NCBI GenBank assembly: GCA_965220745.1
Contig: CBDCQT010000013.1
Coordinates: 960,001-1,024,000 of the forward strand
DNA from: Alphaproteobacteria bacterium
GTDB taxonomy: Bacteria; Pseudomonadota; Alphaproteobacteria; UBA828
Length of the DNA stretch: 64,000 nucleotides
Reading direction: 5' to 3'
The translations under genes and the position numbers were made by a program. The notes beneath the pieces were generated by a model. It saw only the letters and a program-made list of their open reading frames with translations. It was not told where the DNA came from and did not search any database. This document shows positions 1 to 10,343 of this stretch, piece by piece. The number at the start of each line of letters is the position of its first letter. The stretch's first letter is position 1.

Positions 1-4
1 AGAG

Positions 5-778
5 ATGACCGTGTCTGACGCAATGCCGCGGGCGGCGCTGGTCACCGGCGCCGGGGCGCGCATCGGCCGCACCATCGCCGAGGCGCTGGCAGAAGACGGC
101 TGGGCGGTCGCGGTGCACCATCACGAATCCGGCGACGCCGCCAAGAATGTCGTCGCGGAAATCGAGGGCGCCGGCGGCCGCGCCGTGGCGCTCAGAGCCG
201 ATCTCGCCGAAGAGGCCGAGGTCGAGACCTTGGTGACGCGCGCGACGGAGGCGCTCGGGCCGCTTGGCTGCCTCGTCAACAACGCATCCCCATTCGAGAA
301 TGACGACCTGCAAAGCGCGAGCCGCGCGAGCTGGGATCTCCACATGGCGGTCAATCTGCGCGCGCCCTTCGTGCTGATGCAGAAGTTCGCCGCGGCGCTG
401 CCGGACGAAGCGGAGGGCTGTATCGTCAACATGCTCGACCAGCGCGTCTGGAGCCTTACGCCGCACTTCATGTCCTACACGCTCAGCAAGGCGGGCCTCT
501 GGACGCTCACACAGACGGCGGCGCTCGCGCTCGCGCCCCGCATCCGGGTGAACGGCATCGGCCCCGGTCCGACCCTGCCCAGCGCGCGCCAGAGTCCCGA
601 ACATTTCGCTGCCCAATACGAAGCCACGCCGCTGAAGCGCGCCGTGGCCCCCGGCGACATTGCGGACGGCGTGCGGTTTATCCTCGCCGCGCGCGCGCTG
701 ACGGGGCAGATGGTCGCCCTGGACAGCGGTCAGCATCTCGGCTGGGCGATGCCGCAGGGGAAAGAAATCCTCGAATGA
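5..778 (+). CDS. SDR-family oxidoreductase (pteridine reductase/FolM-like)
   Basis: TGAGARIG Rossmann motif, NNAS, YxxSK (YTLSK); overlaps folB start (ATGA). Confidence 0.8.
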   Translation: MTVSDAMPRAALVTGAGARIGRTIAEALAEDGWAVAVHHHESGDAAKNVVAEIEGAGGRAVALRADLAEEAEVETLVTRATEALGPLGCLVNNASPFENDDLQSASRASWDLHMAVNLRAPFVLMQKFAAALPDEAEGCIVNMLDQRVWSLTPHFMSYTLSKAGLWTLTQTAALALAPRIRVNGIGPGPTLPSARQSPEHFAAQYEATPLKRAVAPGDIADGVRFILAARALTGQMVALDSGQHLGWAMPQGKEILE

Positions 779-1167
779 GCGGGGAGACCCCAGTGCCGGC
801 CTCGGCCGCTTCCACGCGGCGCCACCTGTTGATCCGCGACCTCGTCGTGCCCTGCTCGATCGGGGTCCACGAGCACGAGCGCCACGGCACGCAACGGGTG
901 CGGATCAATGTCCGCGTGCACGTCACGGACGACGAACGGCCGATCGTGGACAGCATCGCCAACGTCGTCTCTTACGAGACCATCGTGGACGGCATTCGCG
1001 CCATCATCGCCGGCGGCCATATCAACCTGGTGGAGACACTGGCCGACCGCATCGTCGAGCTCTGCCTTACCAATCGTCGCGTGCGCGCTGTGTGGGTGCG
1101 GGTCGAGAAGCTCGACCTCTACCCGGATGCCGCGGGTGTGGGCGTCGAGGTGGAGCGGAGCCGCTAA
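775..1167 (+). CDS. folB: dihydroneopterin aldolase
   Basis: IGVHEHE..QRV, VSYE, LVETLA, VRVEK motifs. Confidence 0.9.
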   Translation: MSGETPVPASAASTRRHLLIRDLVVPCSIGVHEHERHGTQRVRINVRVHVTDDERPIVDSIANVVSYETIVDGIRAIIAGGHINLVETLADRIVELCLTNRRVRAVWVRVEKLDLYPDAAGVGVEVERSR

Positions 1168-2048
1168 CCCAGCACGCGGCCGGCGACGGCGTCGAGGCGC
1201 TTCACCATTGCCGGGTCTCGGGCTTCGGGGGCCGTGATCACCGCATTCTCCAGCGCCCGGTCGCAGCCGGCGGCGCAAGGCTCGCGGCGGGCGGCGAGCG
1301 CTTCTCCCAGTGCCGCGACCAGGCGGCGGGCGGCTGCCGCGTTCTCCTGCAGTGTCCGCACGATCGCTTCCACCGTGACCGCGTCGTGGTCCGGATGCCA
1401 GCAGTCGTAGTCGGTCACCATGGCAACGGTCGCGTAGCAAATCTCCGCCTCACGGGCGAGCTTGGCCTCGGGCATGTTGGTCATCCCGATGACCGTGCAG
1501 CCCCACTGCCGGTAAAGCTCGGATTCGGCGACCGTGGAGAACTGGGGTCCCTCCATCGCGAGGTAGGTGCCGCCCTGGACGATGCTGAGACCAACGCTCT
1601 CGGCCGCCGACAGCAGCTGATCGCCGAGACGCGGGCACACCGGCTCGGCCATGGAGACATGGGCCGCGAGGCCGGCGCCGAAAAAACTCTTCTCGCGCGC
1701 GAAGGTGCGGTCGATGAACTGGTCGACGAGCACGAACTCACCGGGCGCGATGTCCTCGCGCAGGCTGCCCACCGCGCTGAGCGAGACGATGTCGGTCACG
1801 CCCGCCCGCTTGAGGGCATCGATGTTGGCGCGGTAGTCGACCGCGCTCGGCGGCAACGGGTGGCCGCGACCGTGGCGCGGCAGGAACACCATCTCGGTGT
1901 CCGCCAGACGGCCGAGGAGGAGGGAGTCCGACGGCGTACCGAACGGCGAGCGGACGTCGACCCGCTCGACCTCGCTCAGTCCCTCGATTTCGTAAAGGCC
2001 GCTGCCGCCGATGACGCCCAGGCGGACCGGGAAGGTCTGGTCGGCCAC
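1164..2048 (-). CDS. mtnP: S-methyl-5'-thioadenosine phosphorylase
   Basis: GVIGGSG, PRHGRGH, EGPQFST, GMTNMPEAKLAREAE, VTDYDCW. Confidence 0.93.
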   Translation of the reverse strand: MADQTFPVRLGVIGGSGLYEIEGLSEVERVDVRSPFGTPSDSLLLGRLADTEMVFLPRHGRGHPLPPSAVDYRANIDALKRAGVTDIVSLSAVGSLREDIAPGEFVLVDQFIDRTFAREKSFFGAGLAAHVSMAEPVCPRLGDQLLSAAESVGLSIVQGGTYLAMEGPQFSTVAESELYRQWGCTVIGMTNMPEAKLAREAEICYATVAMVTDYDCWHPDHDAVTVEAIVRTLQENAAAARRLVAALGEALAARREPCAAGCDRALENAVITAPEARDPAMVKRLDAVAGRVLG

Positions 2049-2057
2049 GGCCGCGCG

Positions 2058-2726
2058 CTAGCCGATATGGCGTGCGAGGTGGGCGAGGGATCGGTCACGC
2101 GCGAGCGTGGCGGCCTCCGGATGATAGTCGGCCCGCTGGTCGCAGTTGAAGCCGTGGCCGGCGCCCTGATAGACGTGAACCGTGACGTCCGGGTGGGTCG
2201 TCGTGATCTCGTCCACGTCGGCCATCGGGATACCCGCGTCTTCGGTGCCGAAGTGGAGCATCGTCGGGCAGGCGGGTGTCTCGCCCACGAACTCGATGAT
2301 CTGGCCGCCGTAGTAGCCGACCGCCGCGTCGATCTCCAGGCGACAGGCGGCAAGCCAGGCGAGTGAGCCGCCCCAGCAATAGCCCACCACGACCACCTTC
2401 GATGCGCCTTCGAGGGCATCGACGCCGGCCTTGATGTCCATCACCGGGCCTTCCCAGCCGATATCGGCCTTGTGCCCGCGCCCTTCGTCCACCGTCTCGG
2501 CGCTGTAGCCGAGCTCGATTCCCGGCTCCTTCCGGTCGAACAGGCACGGCGCCAGGACGAGATAACCCTGGGCCGCGTAATCGTCGCAGACCCCTCTGAT
2601 GTGGCCGTTGACCCCAAAAATCTCCTGCACGAGCACGAGGCCCGCGCGGGGCTCGCCATCGGGCGCAGCGCGGTAAGCGTTGAGAACGTGACCATCGTCC
2701 GCAGTCAGCTGGACAACTGCGCCCAT
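2058..2726 (-). CDS. dienelactone hydrolase family protein
   Basis: QEIFG, GYCWGG nucleophile, HGF; start moved to ATG 2726, which follows a GGGAGG SD. Confidence 0.9.
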   Translation of the reverse strand: MGAVVQLTADDGHVLNAYRAAPDGEPRAGLVLVQEIFGVNGHIRGVCDDYAAQGYLVLAPCLFDRKEPGIELGYSAETVDEGRGHKADIGWEGPVMDIKAGVDALEGASKVVVVGYCWGGSLAWLAACRLEIDAAVGYYGGQIIEFVGETPACPTMLHFGTEDAGIPMADVDEITTTHPDVTVHVYQGAGHGFNCDQRADYHPEAATLARDRSLAHLARHIG

Positions 2727-2825
2727 CGTGGGTGCCTCCCTGATCCTCCATTGTGTTGCGCCCATTCGAGCGCTGGCTCTTCACATAGCAGAAGGGACAT
2801 AGGCACGCCACTCATAGGCAGGGCG

Positions 2826-3929
2826 CTACACGTTGAAGCGGAACAGCATCACGTCGCCGTCCCGAACCACATAGGAGCGTCCCTCCTGGCGCATGCGCCC
2901 GACACTGCGGGCGGCTTGCTCGCCGCCGAGCGCGATCAGCTCGTCAGCCGCGATGGTCTCGGCACAGATGAAGCCCCGCGCGAAGTCGGTGTGGATGCGG
3001 CCGGCCGCCTCGACCGCCGTGCTGCCGGCGGGGATCGGCCAAGCGCGCGCTTCCGTCTCGGTCGCTGTGAGGAAGCGGATCAAGCCGAGAAGGCGATGGC
3101 CGGCGTGGATTACCCGGTCGAGGCCGGGCTGCGCCAGCCCGAGGGCTTCGAGGAACTCGCGCTTCTCATCCGGGTCTTCGAGGAGGGCGATTTCCGCTTC
3201 GATCGCCACTGAAATGACCACCTGTTCCGCGCCGGCGGCGGTGGCATGGGCGGCGACGGCCTGGCTCATCGCGTTGCCCGTCGCCGCGCTCGCCTCATCG
3301 ACGTTGCCGACGTAGAGCACGGGCTTCGCGCTGAGCAGGTTGAGGGCCGCGAATTCGCGCGCGATCGTCTCGTCGGGCGCCTCGAACGCGCGCGCCGGTT
3401 TGCCGTTCTCGAGCAGGGCGAGCGCCGGCTCGATCGCCGAGAGCCGGTCCTTCGCCTCCTTGTCGCCACCGCGGGCGCGCTTGATCGCCGCTTCGCGCTG
3501 ACGCTCCAGACTTTCAAGGTCGGCCAGCATCAGTTCGGTCTCGATCAGCCCGATGTCGTGCAGGGGATCGACCGCACCGGAGGCGTGCGCCACCTGGTCG
3601 TCCTCGAAGCAGCGGACCAGGTGGAGCAGCGCATCGACCTCGCGCACGTGGCCCAGGAAGCGATTGCCCAGACCCTCGCCCTTGCTGGCGCCGGCGACGA
3701 GGCCGGCGATATCCACCACCTCCAGCACGCTCGGCACGACCTTGCGCGAGCCGGCGAGGCGCGCGACCTCGTGGAGCGCCGGGTCCGGCACCGGCGCGCG
3801 CCCCACGTTGGGCTCGACGGTGCAGAACGGATAGTTGCCGACCTCGGCCGCGCCGCTCGCCACCAGCGCGTTGAAGAGCGTGGACTTGCCCACATTGGGC
3901 GGGCCCACGATGCCGCACCTAAACCCCAC
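2826..3929 (-). CDS. ychF: redox-regulated Obg-like ATPase YchF
   Basis: PNVGKST, NYPFCT, DIAGLV, GEGLGN, IHTDF, C-terminal DGDV..FRFNV. Confidence 0.95.
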   Translation of the reverse strand: MGFRCGIVGPPNVGKSTLFNALVASGAAEVGNYPFCTVEPNVGRAPVPDPALHEVARLAGSRKVVPSVLEVVDIAGLVAGASKGEGLGNRFLGHVREVDALLHLVRCFEDDQVAHASGAVDPLHDIGLIETELMLADLESLERQREAAIKRARGGDKEAKDRLSAIEPALALLENGKPARAFEAPDETIAREFAALNLLSAKPVLYVGNVDEASAATGNAMSQAVAAHATAAGAEQVVISVAIEAEIALLEDPDEKREFLEALGLAQPGLDRVIHAGHRLLGLIRFLTATETEARAWPIPAGSTAVEAAGRIHTDFARGFICAETIAADELIALGGEQAARSVGRMRQEGRSYVVRDGDVMLFRFNV

Positions 3930-4641
3930 CCGACGATCCAGGCGGGGGTTTACCGCCGGCCTGCGCAGGGCTCGATCCCGGCGGCGGGGCGAGCAGCGCG
4001 ACCCGGCTCATGAAAGCACTGGCGTCGCCCGCCATGAGCAGCGGGAAGGCATCGACGATGGCGTCGAGGGTCGGGTCGAGCCAGGTCCGGTCCGACGCGC
4101 CGAAGTTGGAGAGCACGTGGCCGGTCATTCGGTCCCGATCGCCGGGGTGGCCGATGCCGATGCGCACCCGCCAGTAATCGGCGCCGATATGGGCGCGGAT
4201 GCTCCTGAGCCCTTTGTGGCCGGCGACGCCTCCGCCGCACTTGGCCCGAACCTTGCCGGCGGCGAGATCGACCTCGTCGTGCAGGACGATGACGGCCTCG
4301 GGCGCAAGGCGGTGGAAACGCATGGCGGCGCCCACCGCGCGGCCCGAATCGTTCATGTAAGTCTGCGGCTTGAGCGCGAGCACGGACTCGTCGCCGACAC
4401 GGCCCTCGGCGATCTCGCCGTGGAAGCGGGTGCGCCGCTTGAAAGCGCCGAAGCCATGCGCCGCTGCCAGCGCATCGAGCGCCATGAAGCCCACGTTGTG
4501 GCGATGCCGGGCGGCATCGGCGCCGGGATTGCCGAGGCCGACCAGCAGGCGGGAAGTAGCGCCGCCCTGGGCGGCGCGGGAGCGGCGGAAGATGCCCGTG
4601 TTAGGAGTCCTCGCTTTCCTCGGCCGGCGCGCCCTCGGCAT
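3919..4641 (-). CDS. pth: peptidyl-tRNA hydrolase (start uncertain)
   Basis: LVGLGNPG, RHNVGF, KPQTYMN.SG, HDEVD, RVRIGIG; lies between rplY and ychF. Confidence 0.93.
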   Translation of the reverse strand: MPRARRPRKARTPNTGIFRRSRAAQGGATSRLLVGLGNPGADAARHRHNVGFMALDALAAAHGFGAFKRRTRFHGEIAEGRVGDESVLALKPQTYMNDSGRAVGAAMRFHRLAPEAVIVLHDEVDLAAGKVRAKCGGGVAGHKGLRSIRAHIGADYWRVRIGIGHPGDRDRMTGHVLSNFGASDRTWLDPTLDAIVDAFPLLMAGDASAFMSRVALLAPPPGSSPAQAGGKPPPGSSGGV

Positions 4642-5284
4642 CTTCGGCCCCTTCCTCGGCGCCTTCCTCCAGTTCCTCGCCCTCTTCGCCTTCCTCCTCC
4701 TCGACCGGCTCGACGATGACCGTGGGCGCGGCGATGGTGGCGACGGTGAAGTCCCGATCGGTGATGGTAGGCGTCACGCCCTCCGGAAGCTCGATGTCGC
4801 TGATGTGGATGCTGTCGCCGATCTCGCATCCGGTCACATCCGCCACGAGAAATTCGGGAATCGCTTCGAGCGGGCACATGAGCTCGACCTCGTGGCGGAC
4901 GATATTGAGCACGCCGCCGCGCTTCAGGCCTTCGCACTCCTCCTGACCCTCGAAGCGGACCTCCACGGAGACCGCGAGCGTCGCACCTGCGACGTAGCGG
5001 ATGAAGTCGACATGGATCGGCGCATCGCTGACCGGATCGACTTGAACGTCGCGGGCCAGAACGCGAATCACGTCGCCGTTGATCTTGAGGTCGTAGAGGC
5101 GGGCGAAGAAGCCCCGCCGGCCGATCTCGCGCTCCAGCACGTTGTATTCGAGCGAGACGGACAGCGGATCTGCGCCGCCGCCATAGACGATGGCCGGCGT
5201 GCGGCCCTCGCGCCTGAGCGCCCGCGCGCCTCCCTTGCCGCGCGGCTCGCGCGGCAGTGCCTCGATCATTGCTTCGTCACTCAT
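4601..5284 (-). CDS. rplY: 50S ribosomal protein L25 / Ctc
   Basis: GKGGARALRREG.TPAIVYG, HVDF, GLKRGG, IGDSIHI, acidic tail. Confidence 0.95.
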   Translation of the reverse strand: MSDEAMIEALPREPRGKGGARALRREGRTPAIVYGGGADPLSVSLEYNVLEREIGRRGFFARLYDLKINGDVIRVLARDVQVDPVSDAPIHVDFIRYVAGATLAVSVEVRFEGQEECEGLKRGGVLNIVRHEVELMCPLEAIPEFLVADVTGCEIGDSIHISDIELPEGVTPTITDRDFTVATIAAPTVIVEPVEEEEGEEGEELEEGAEEGAEDAEGAPAEESEDS

Positions 5285-5318
5285 GGTTCAGGTGTCTCCG
5301 GAGTTCTGGTCGCGCGCG

Positions 5319-6251
5319 TCAATCGAAGAGGCTCGAAACCGAGGTCTCCGAGCTGATACGGAGAATCGATTCGGCCATCAACGGCGCGATTGGGAGCACG
5401 CGGATGTTGTCCGCGCTCTCCACGGCTTCGGTTGTCTGAATGGTGTCCGTCACGACCAGCGACTCGAGCTCCGACGATGAGACCCGCGCCACCGCTTCGC
5501 CCGATAGCACCGCGTGAGAGACATAGCCGTGGACCGCCTTCGCACCCGCTTCCTTGAGTGCCGCAGCTGCGTTGCAGAGGGTCCCGGCCGAATCGACGAT
5601 GTCGTCCACGATGATGCAGCGCCGACCCTCGACATCGCCGATGATGTTCATGACTTCCGATTGGCCCGCACGCTCGCGCCGCTTGTCGACGATCGAGAGA
5701 TCGGCCTCGAAGCGCTTGGCCATGGCACGAGCCCGCAGCACGCCGCCCACATCGGGCGAGACGAACATCAGAGGCTCGTTGTTGTAGTTCAGCCTGATGT
5801 CATCGACCATCACCGGCGCCGCGTAGAGATTATCCACCGGAATGTCGAAGAACCCCTGAATCTGGCCGGCGTGCAGGTCGAGCGTGAGAACCCGATTGGC
5901 GCCGCTCGCCTCGATCAGGTTGGCGACCAGCTTGGCGGAGATCGGCGTGCGCGGCGACGATTTCCGGTCCTGCCGGGCGTAGCCGAAATAGGGCACCACC
6001 GCGGTCACCCGCTGCGCCGAGGCGCGCTTCAGGGCGTCGAGGCAGATCAGCAACTCCATCAGGTTGTCATTGGCCGGTGTCGACGTCGATTGAATCAGGA
6101 ACACGTCTTCGCCGCGCACGTTTTCGAGTATCTCCACGAAGATCTCGGAATCGGAGAAGCGGCGAATCGAGGCTCGAGTCAAACCCATGCCGAGCGCCGA
6201 CGAGATCGCCTCAGCCAGCGGCCGGTTGCTGTTCCCGGCAACGAGCTTCAT
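5319..6251 (-). CDS. prs: ribose-phosphate pyrophosphokinase
   Basis: [40 protein letters not shown]. Confidence 0.97.
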   Translation of the reverse strand: MKLVAGNSNRPLAEAISSALGMGLTRASIRRFSDSEIFVEILENVRGEDVFLIQSTSTPANDNLMELLICLDALKRASAQRVTAVVPYFGYARQDRKSSPRTPISAKLVANLIEASGANRVLTLDLHAGQIQGFFDIPVDNLYAAPVMVDDIRLNYNNEPLMFVSPDVGGVLRARAMAKRFEADLSIVDKRRERAGQSEVMNIIGDVEGRRCIIVDDIVDSAGTLCNAAAALKEAGAKAVHGYVSHAVLSGEAVARVSSSELESLVVTDTIQTTEAVESADNIRVLPIAPLMAESILRISSETSVSSLFD

Positions 6252-6324
6252 CGATGACGGTTCCCTGGAGCGTGGATCGGGGCAAGACCCGCAGGGCCGC
6301 CCTGCTGGCCCCGAAGGCGCGCGG

Positions 6325-6353
6325 ACTGTATCAATCTGACCCTGCCCTGTAAA
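6325..6353 (-). promoter_or_regulatory. sigma70-like promoter for prs-rplY-pth-ychF
   Basis: minus strand TTTACA-N17-TACAGT with an extended -10 TG. Confidence 0.55.
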
Positions 6354-6358
6354 CGCCG

Positions 6359-7570
6359 TTACCGAACCGTGACTGAGACCGCGATGGGCGCCTCCACCAG
6401 TATCGCATGTGCACGCGGCACCTCCGGTCGCGGCTTGAAGCGCGGCACGAGAGTTTGTCTCGATGACGGCAGGAGCGGAGCATTACTCAACACGATAGAC
6501 GGTGCAGCCGATGCGGCGGACGCTTCGATCTGCACCACGAGTGGCGCTTCGATCGGCGGCCTGGGCTGTGCTTCGCCTAACGCTCTGGGGAATGCGGCAG
6601 ACGCTTGGATTGCCAGCGAAAGCGGCGCTTCGATCGGAGCCTGGCGGGGCGGCGTTGCGGGGGCTTTCTGCCGGGGCGACTGAGCGACTCGGCGTACGTG
6701 CGGTTGATCGATCAGTTGCACGATGCCTGGCGCACCGGCACGAGCGACGAGTCGCGGCAGAACGCCCCATGTGCCGGTCAGCTGGTCCTCGCCGACGCGG
6801 TTGCTCTGGGTAACGGTGCCGAGTCTTGAGCCATCCGGATGCAGCACATCCCAGGCAATCGTGACGGTCGCGCTATCCGTGGCGGTGTCGTCCCGTGAGA
6901 CCGAGATCCAGCCCTGGATCGTCAGCCTCCCGTCTTCGGGGGCATCGGCGACGGTGACGCCGATGCGGGCGAGTGAATGCCGCATGGCGCGTGCCAACGC
7001 CATGCCTCCGTCGCCTGGGGCACCGAGAACGGTTTCGATCGTAACGGGCAGTTGGGGCGGACGGTCTGGACCAGTGGATGCCGGCGGTTTCAGCACGGCC
7101 GCGACTCGCGCGGCGGCCCGCTCAGCCACGGCGGCCAGATCGGGCGTCGGTGCGTCGCCGGTTGGCACGCCGGGGCTTGGCTCCTCGAACCGGAGAGCAG
7201 TCTCGCCGTCGGGCGCGATCAACGACCACCTCAGCTTGCCCGCGGCGACCGAGACGCGCCCGGCCAGCACGATGCTGCCTCGGCCGCCGGCGTGGGTATC
7301 GGCCGGCACGTCGCGCAGGTGCAGCGCCTTCACCACTTCGTCCACCAGTGCAGCCGATTGGTGTGCGGGCAGCCCAGCGATGGGCGGCACCAGAATGCTG
7401 CCCCAGGCGACATCTCCGGGACCCAGCCATGCTTGCGTGCTTTTGTCTGCGGGTTGGAAGGGGCGGGGCAGGTCGCCGCAGGCCGCGAGCGCCACGCACA
7501 GGATGAGGCCCAGCGCGAGTGGCATCGCCCTCCGCCAGGCGCAACGGGCCACGCTTGAGGGACGCATCAT
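6359..7570 (-). CDS. hypothetical lipoprotein with Pro-rich repeated C-terminal extension
   Basis: hydrophobic stretch then lipobox LAAC-G, followed by DLPRPF; operonic with pgeF and upstream of prs. Confidence 0.7.
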   Translation of the reverse strand: MMRPSSVARCAWRRAMPLALGLILCVALAACGDLPRPFQPADKSTQAWLGPGDVAWGSILVPPIAGLPAHQSAALVDEVVKALHLRDVPADTHAGGRGSIVLAGRVSVAAGKLRWSLIAPDGETALRFEEPSPGVPTGDAPTPDLAAVAERAAARVAAVLKPPASTGPDRPPQLPVTIETVLGAPGDGGMALARAMRHSLARIGVTVADAPEDGRLTIQGWISVSRDDTATDSATVTIAWDVLHPDGSRLGTVTQSNRVGEDQLTGTWGVLPRLVARAGAPGIVQLIDQPHVRRVAQSPRQKAPATPPRQAPIEAPLSLAIQASAAFPRALGEAQPRPPIEAPLVVQIEASAASAAPSIVLSNAPLLPSSRQTLVPRFKPRPEVPRAHAILVEAPIAVSVTVR

Positions 7571-7647
7571 GAGCTCGACACCGCCAAGACGCAGCTCGCC
7601 ACCATGCCGACGAACAGCAGGACGCCGAAGATGATCACGTAGGGCAT
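7567..7647 (-). CDS. 26-aa hydrophobic small protein [26 protein letters not shown]
   Basis: ATG 1 nt after the pgeF stop; its TGA overlaps the next ATG (ATGA); one TM-like helix. Confidence 0.5.
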   Translation of the reverse strand: MPYVIIFGVLLFVGMVASCVLAVSSS

Positions 7648-7648
7648 G

Positions 7649-8428
7649 TCAGGGGCCGAGAGCGACGATCGAGATATTGCGACCGTAGTCGGGCTCGCCG
7701 CGGTGGACGCTCCGGCGGTAGCTGAAGAAGCGGCCGGACTCGGCGCAGGTATCACCTCCGGTCGCCTCGACTGCCGCGAGGCCGAAGTTGCCCAGGCGAC
7801 GCGCAACATAGCCCACGATGTCGAAGAAGAAGTGCCCGTCGCGATTCGCCGGTGCGAACAGGTCTTCGTCCTGCGCGTTGCGAGCCAGAAACGGCGCCGG
7901 GAACTCGGGCCCGACCTCGTAGGAGGCCGCCCCGATGGAGGGGCCGATCACGGCCCGCGTCTCGCTCGTCCGCGCGCCCAAGCCCAGCATGGCCTCGACT
8001 GCAGCCTCCAGGACTCCGTTCAGCGCGCCGCGCCAGCCGGCGTGGGCCGCGCCGATCACGCCGGCCTCGCGATCCGCCATCAGCACCGGCACGCAATCGG
8101 CGGTGAGGATCGCCAACGCGAGACCGGGCGTCGCCGTCGCCATCGCATCGACTCGAGGCGCATCCTCCCGCGCCCAAGGCGCGGTTACCACAAGCGCTTC
8201 GGCACTGTGTACCTGATACGCGGTGCAAAGAGTTGCGGGTGAGAGCCCGCAGGCAGCGGTGACACGCGCCCGGTTCTCGCGCACCGCCTCGGGATCGTCG
8301 CCTGAGCCGTAGCCGCAGTTGAGGGAGCGGTAGAGTCCCTCACTGACGCCCCCGGTGCGGCCGAAGAAGCCGTGGCGGATACGGCCGTCGGGATCATCCA
8401 ACAGCGCGTGAGAGATGGGCTCGATCAT
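7649..8428 (-). CDS. pgeF: peptidoglycan editing factor PgeF / YfiH family
   Basis: HGFFGRTGGVS, QVHS, LTADCVPV, AAHAGWRG, FFSYRR; real start MIEPISH overlaps the upstream stop. Confidence 0.93.
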   Translation of the reverse strand: MIEPISHALLDDPDGRIRHGFFGRTGGVSEGLYRSLNCGYGSGDDPEAVRENRARVTAACGLSPATLCTAYQVHSAEALVVTAPWAREDAPRVDAMATATPGLALAILTADCVPVLMADREAGVIGAAHAGWRGALNGVLEAAVEAMLGLGARTSETRAVIGPSIGAASYEVGPEFPAPFLARNAQDEDLFAPANRDGHFFFDIVGYVARRLGNFGLAAVEATGGDTCAESGRFFSYRRSVHRGEPDYGRNISIVALGP

Positions 8429-9516
8429 GGCGCCACCGTGCACGGCTCGGGCTCGAAGCCGGGCAGGGTGGTCAGCGCCGGGTGCGCGAGCGCCAATGCC
8501 TTGAACAGGGTGCCCATCCCGTGCACGCCCGTGAGGCGGCGAAGCGCGGCGTCGATGTCGGCGGCCTGATCGGCGCTCGCGCCCTGCCGCAGCTGGGCCG
8601 CCCGAGCGTCGATTCCGAGTGCTCTCAGGATATCTCCCTGGGACACGGGTCCGAACACGCCGGCGCCTGCGTGTCGGGCCGCTGCCGCCAATGAGGAAAA
8701 GTCCACGTGAGCGGTGAGGTCGGCGTAACCGGGCTCGTCCAGCGCGTCGTGGCGACGGTGCCGCTTCACGGCTTGCAGGGTATCCCCGAAACCCGGTTGC
8801 TCGTGGCCGTAGTCGACGATGAGCGCCGCACCGCAATCGGCAACGATGCGTGCGGCGATGGCGCCTGCAAGTGCCTCCCGCGCCGGTGCGCGTTCGACGA
8901 TGGCGCCGGACGGCGCGCACCCGAGGCCATCCTCAACGGGGACCGAATCAGAGGCAGCGAAGCGGAGTGCCTGTGACGAGGGCACAAGCGTGACGACGCG
9001 CTCCTGCCACGCGTTGCCGACCCGCTCGAATTGCCGGATCGGCAACGCGTCGAAGAACTCGTTGGCGATGACCAGCACCGGACCGGGGGGCACGGTCTCG
9101 AACCGCTCGTGCCAGGTCGGTTGGGCGTCGGCGAGCAGAGCGGCCTGCTCCGCGCGCAGGCTCTGGTTCGACTCGACAAGATGCAGGTCGATGGCGTCGC
9201 GAAAGGCTGGCACGGTCCGCGCGGCGCGCAGCGCGTCGACGAGGAGGGTGCCGCGACCCGGTCCGAGCTCCACGAGGCGCACGCGTTTCGGCTGGCCCAT
9301 GCTCTGCCATACCGCCGCGCACCAGAGCCCGATCAGCTCGCCGAACATTTGGCTCACCTCGGGCGCGGTAACGAAGTCGCCGGCCGCACCGATGGGCCGG
9401 CCCCGGCGGTAATAGCCGTGGGTGGGATGATGGAGGCAAAGCTCCATGTAGGTGGCGACGCTGATCGGCCCGTCGCGCCGTATCCGCTCCCTTAATTCTT
9501 CCGCAAGCGCGCTCAT
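8425..9516 (-). CDS. MidA/NDUFAF7-family SAM-dependent methyltransferase
   Basis: GDFVTAPEVSQMFGE, ELGPGRG, ANEFFDALP, DYG, DLTAHVDF. Confidence 0.92.
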   Translation of the reverse strand: MSALAEELRERIRRDGPISVATYMELCLHHPTHGYYRRGRPIGAAGDFVTAPEVSQMFGELIGLWCAAVWQSMGQPKRVRLVELGPGRGTLLVDALRAARTVPAFRDAIDLHLVESNQSLRAEQAALLADAQPTWHERFETVPPGPVLVIANEFFDALPIRQFERVGNAWQERVVTLVPSSQALRFAASDSVPVEDGLGCAPSGAIVERAPAREALAGAIAARIVADCGAALIVDYGHEQPGFGDTLQAVKRHRRHDALDEPGYADLTAHVDFSSLAAAARHAGAGVFGPVSQGDILRALGIDARAAQLRQGASADQAADIDAALRRLTGVHGMGTLFKALALAHPALTTLPGFEPEPCTVAP

Positions 9517-10343
9517 TACCCGGCCTGCCCGCCCGCTCGTCCGTCAATCCGAGGCACCGGCGGGATGCGGAGGATGAGGAAGAGTCCAAGCACGATCATC
9601 GGGAGCGAGAGCACCTGCCCCATGCTGATACCCGGCAGGATGAAGCCGAGGAACGCATCCGGCTCGCGGAACAGCTCGGCGATGATCCGGGCGACGCCGT
9701 AACCGGCGAAGAACATACCGGCGACGGTGCCCGGCCGCTGGACCACGCGCCGCATATGTACGGCGACCGCCAGGATCGTGAACAGGACCAGGCCTTCCAG
9801 GATTGCTTCGTAAATCTGGCTCGGGTGGCGTGGCTCGGGCCCGCCGCCGGGGAACACCATCGCCCACGAAACATCGCTCACCCGACCGTACAGCTCGCCG
9901 TTCACGAAGTTCGCCATGCGGCCCAGGAAGAGGCCGATCGGCACTTGCGCGCAAACCGCATCGGCGACGGAGAGCAGGCTGATCTTCATGATGCGGGTGT
10001 AGAGGACCACCACGACCAGCACGCCCAGGGCACCGCCGTGAAAGGACATCCCGCCCTGCCAGACCACGAAGATTTCACCGGGATTGGAGAAGTAGTAGCC
10101 CGGTTGATAGAACAGCACGTAGCCCAGCCTGCCGCCCACCACCACGCCGAGGGTGCCCATCACCAGCAGGTCGTCGGCGTGGCGCTTGGTCACTCCGTCG
10201 ATGCAATTCCCGGCGAGATAGCGGACGTACTGCCAACCGAGCAGCAGGCCAACGACGTAGGACAGCGCGTACCAGCGGATTGCGACGGGGCCGATCTCGA
10301 CGGCCACCGGGTCGATGGTGGGGAAGGCGAGGGCGAAGGTCAT
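9516..10343 (-). CDS. lgt: prolipoprotein diacylglyceryl transferase
   Basis: IRWYAL, GGRLGY, GGMSFHGG, GRMANFVNGELYGR, HPSQIYE. Confidence 0.97.
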   Translation of the reverse strand: MTFALAFPTIDPVAVEIGPVAIRWYALSYVVGLLLGWQYVRYLAGNCIDGVTKRHADDLLVMGTLGVVVGGRLGYVLFYQPGYYFSNPGEIFVVWQGGMSFHGGALGVLVVVVLYTRIMKISLLSVADAVCAQVPIGLFLGRMANFVNGELYGRVSDVSWAMVFPGGGPEPRHPSQIYEAILEGLVLFTILAVAVHMRRVVQRPGTVAGMFFAGYGVARIIAELFREPDAFLGFILPGISMGQVLSLPMIVLGLFLILRIPPVPRIDGRAGGQAG

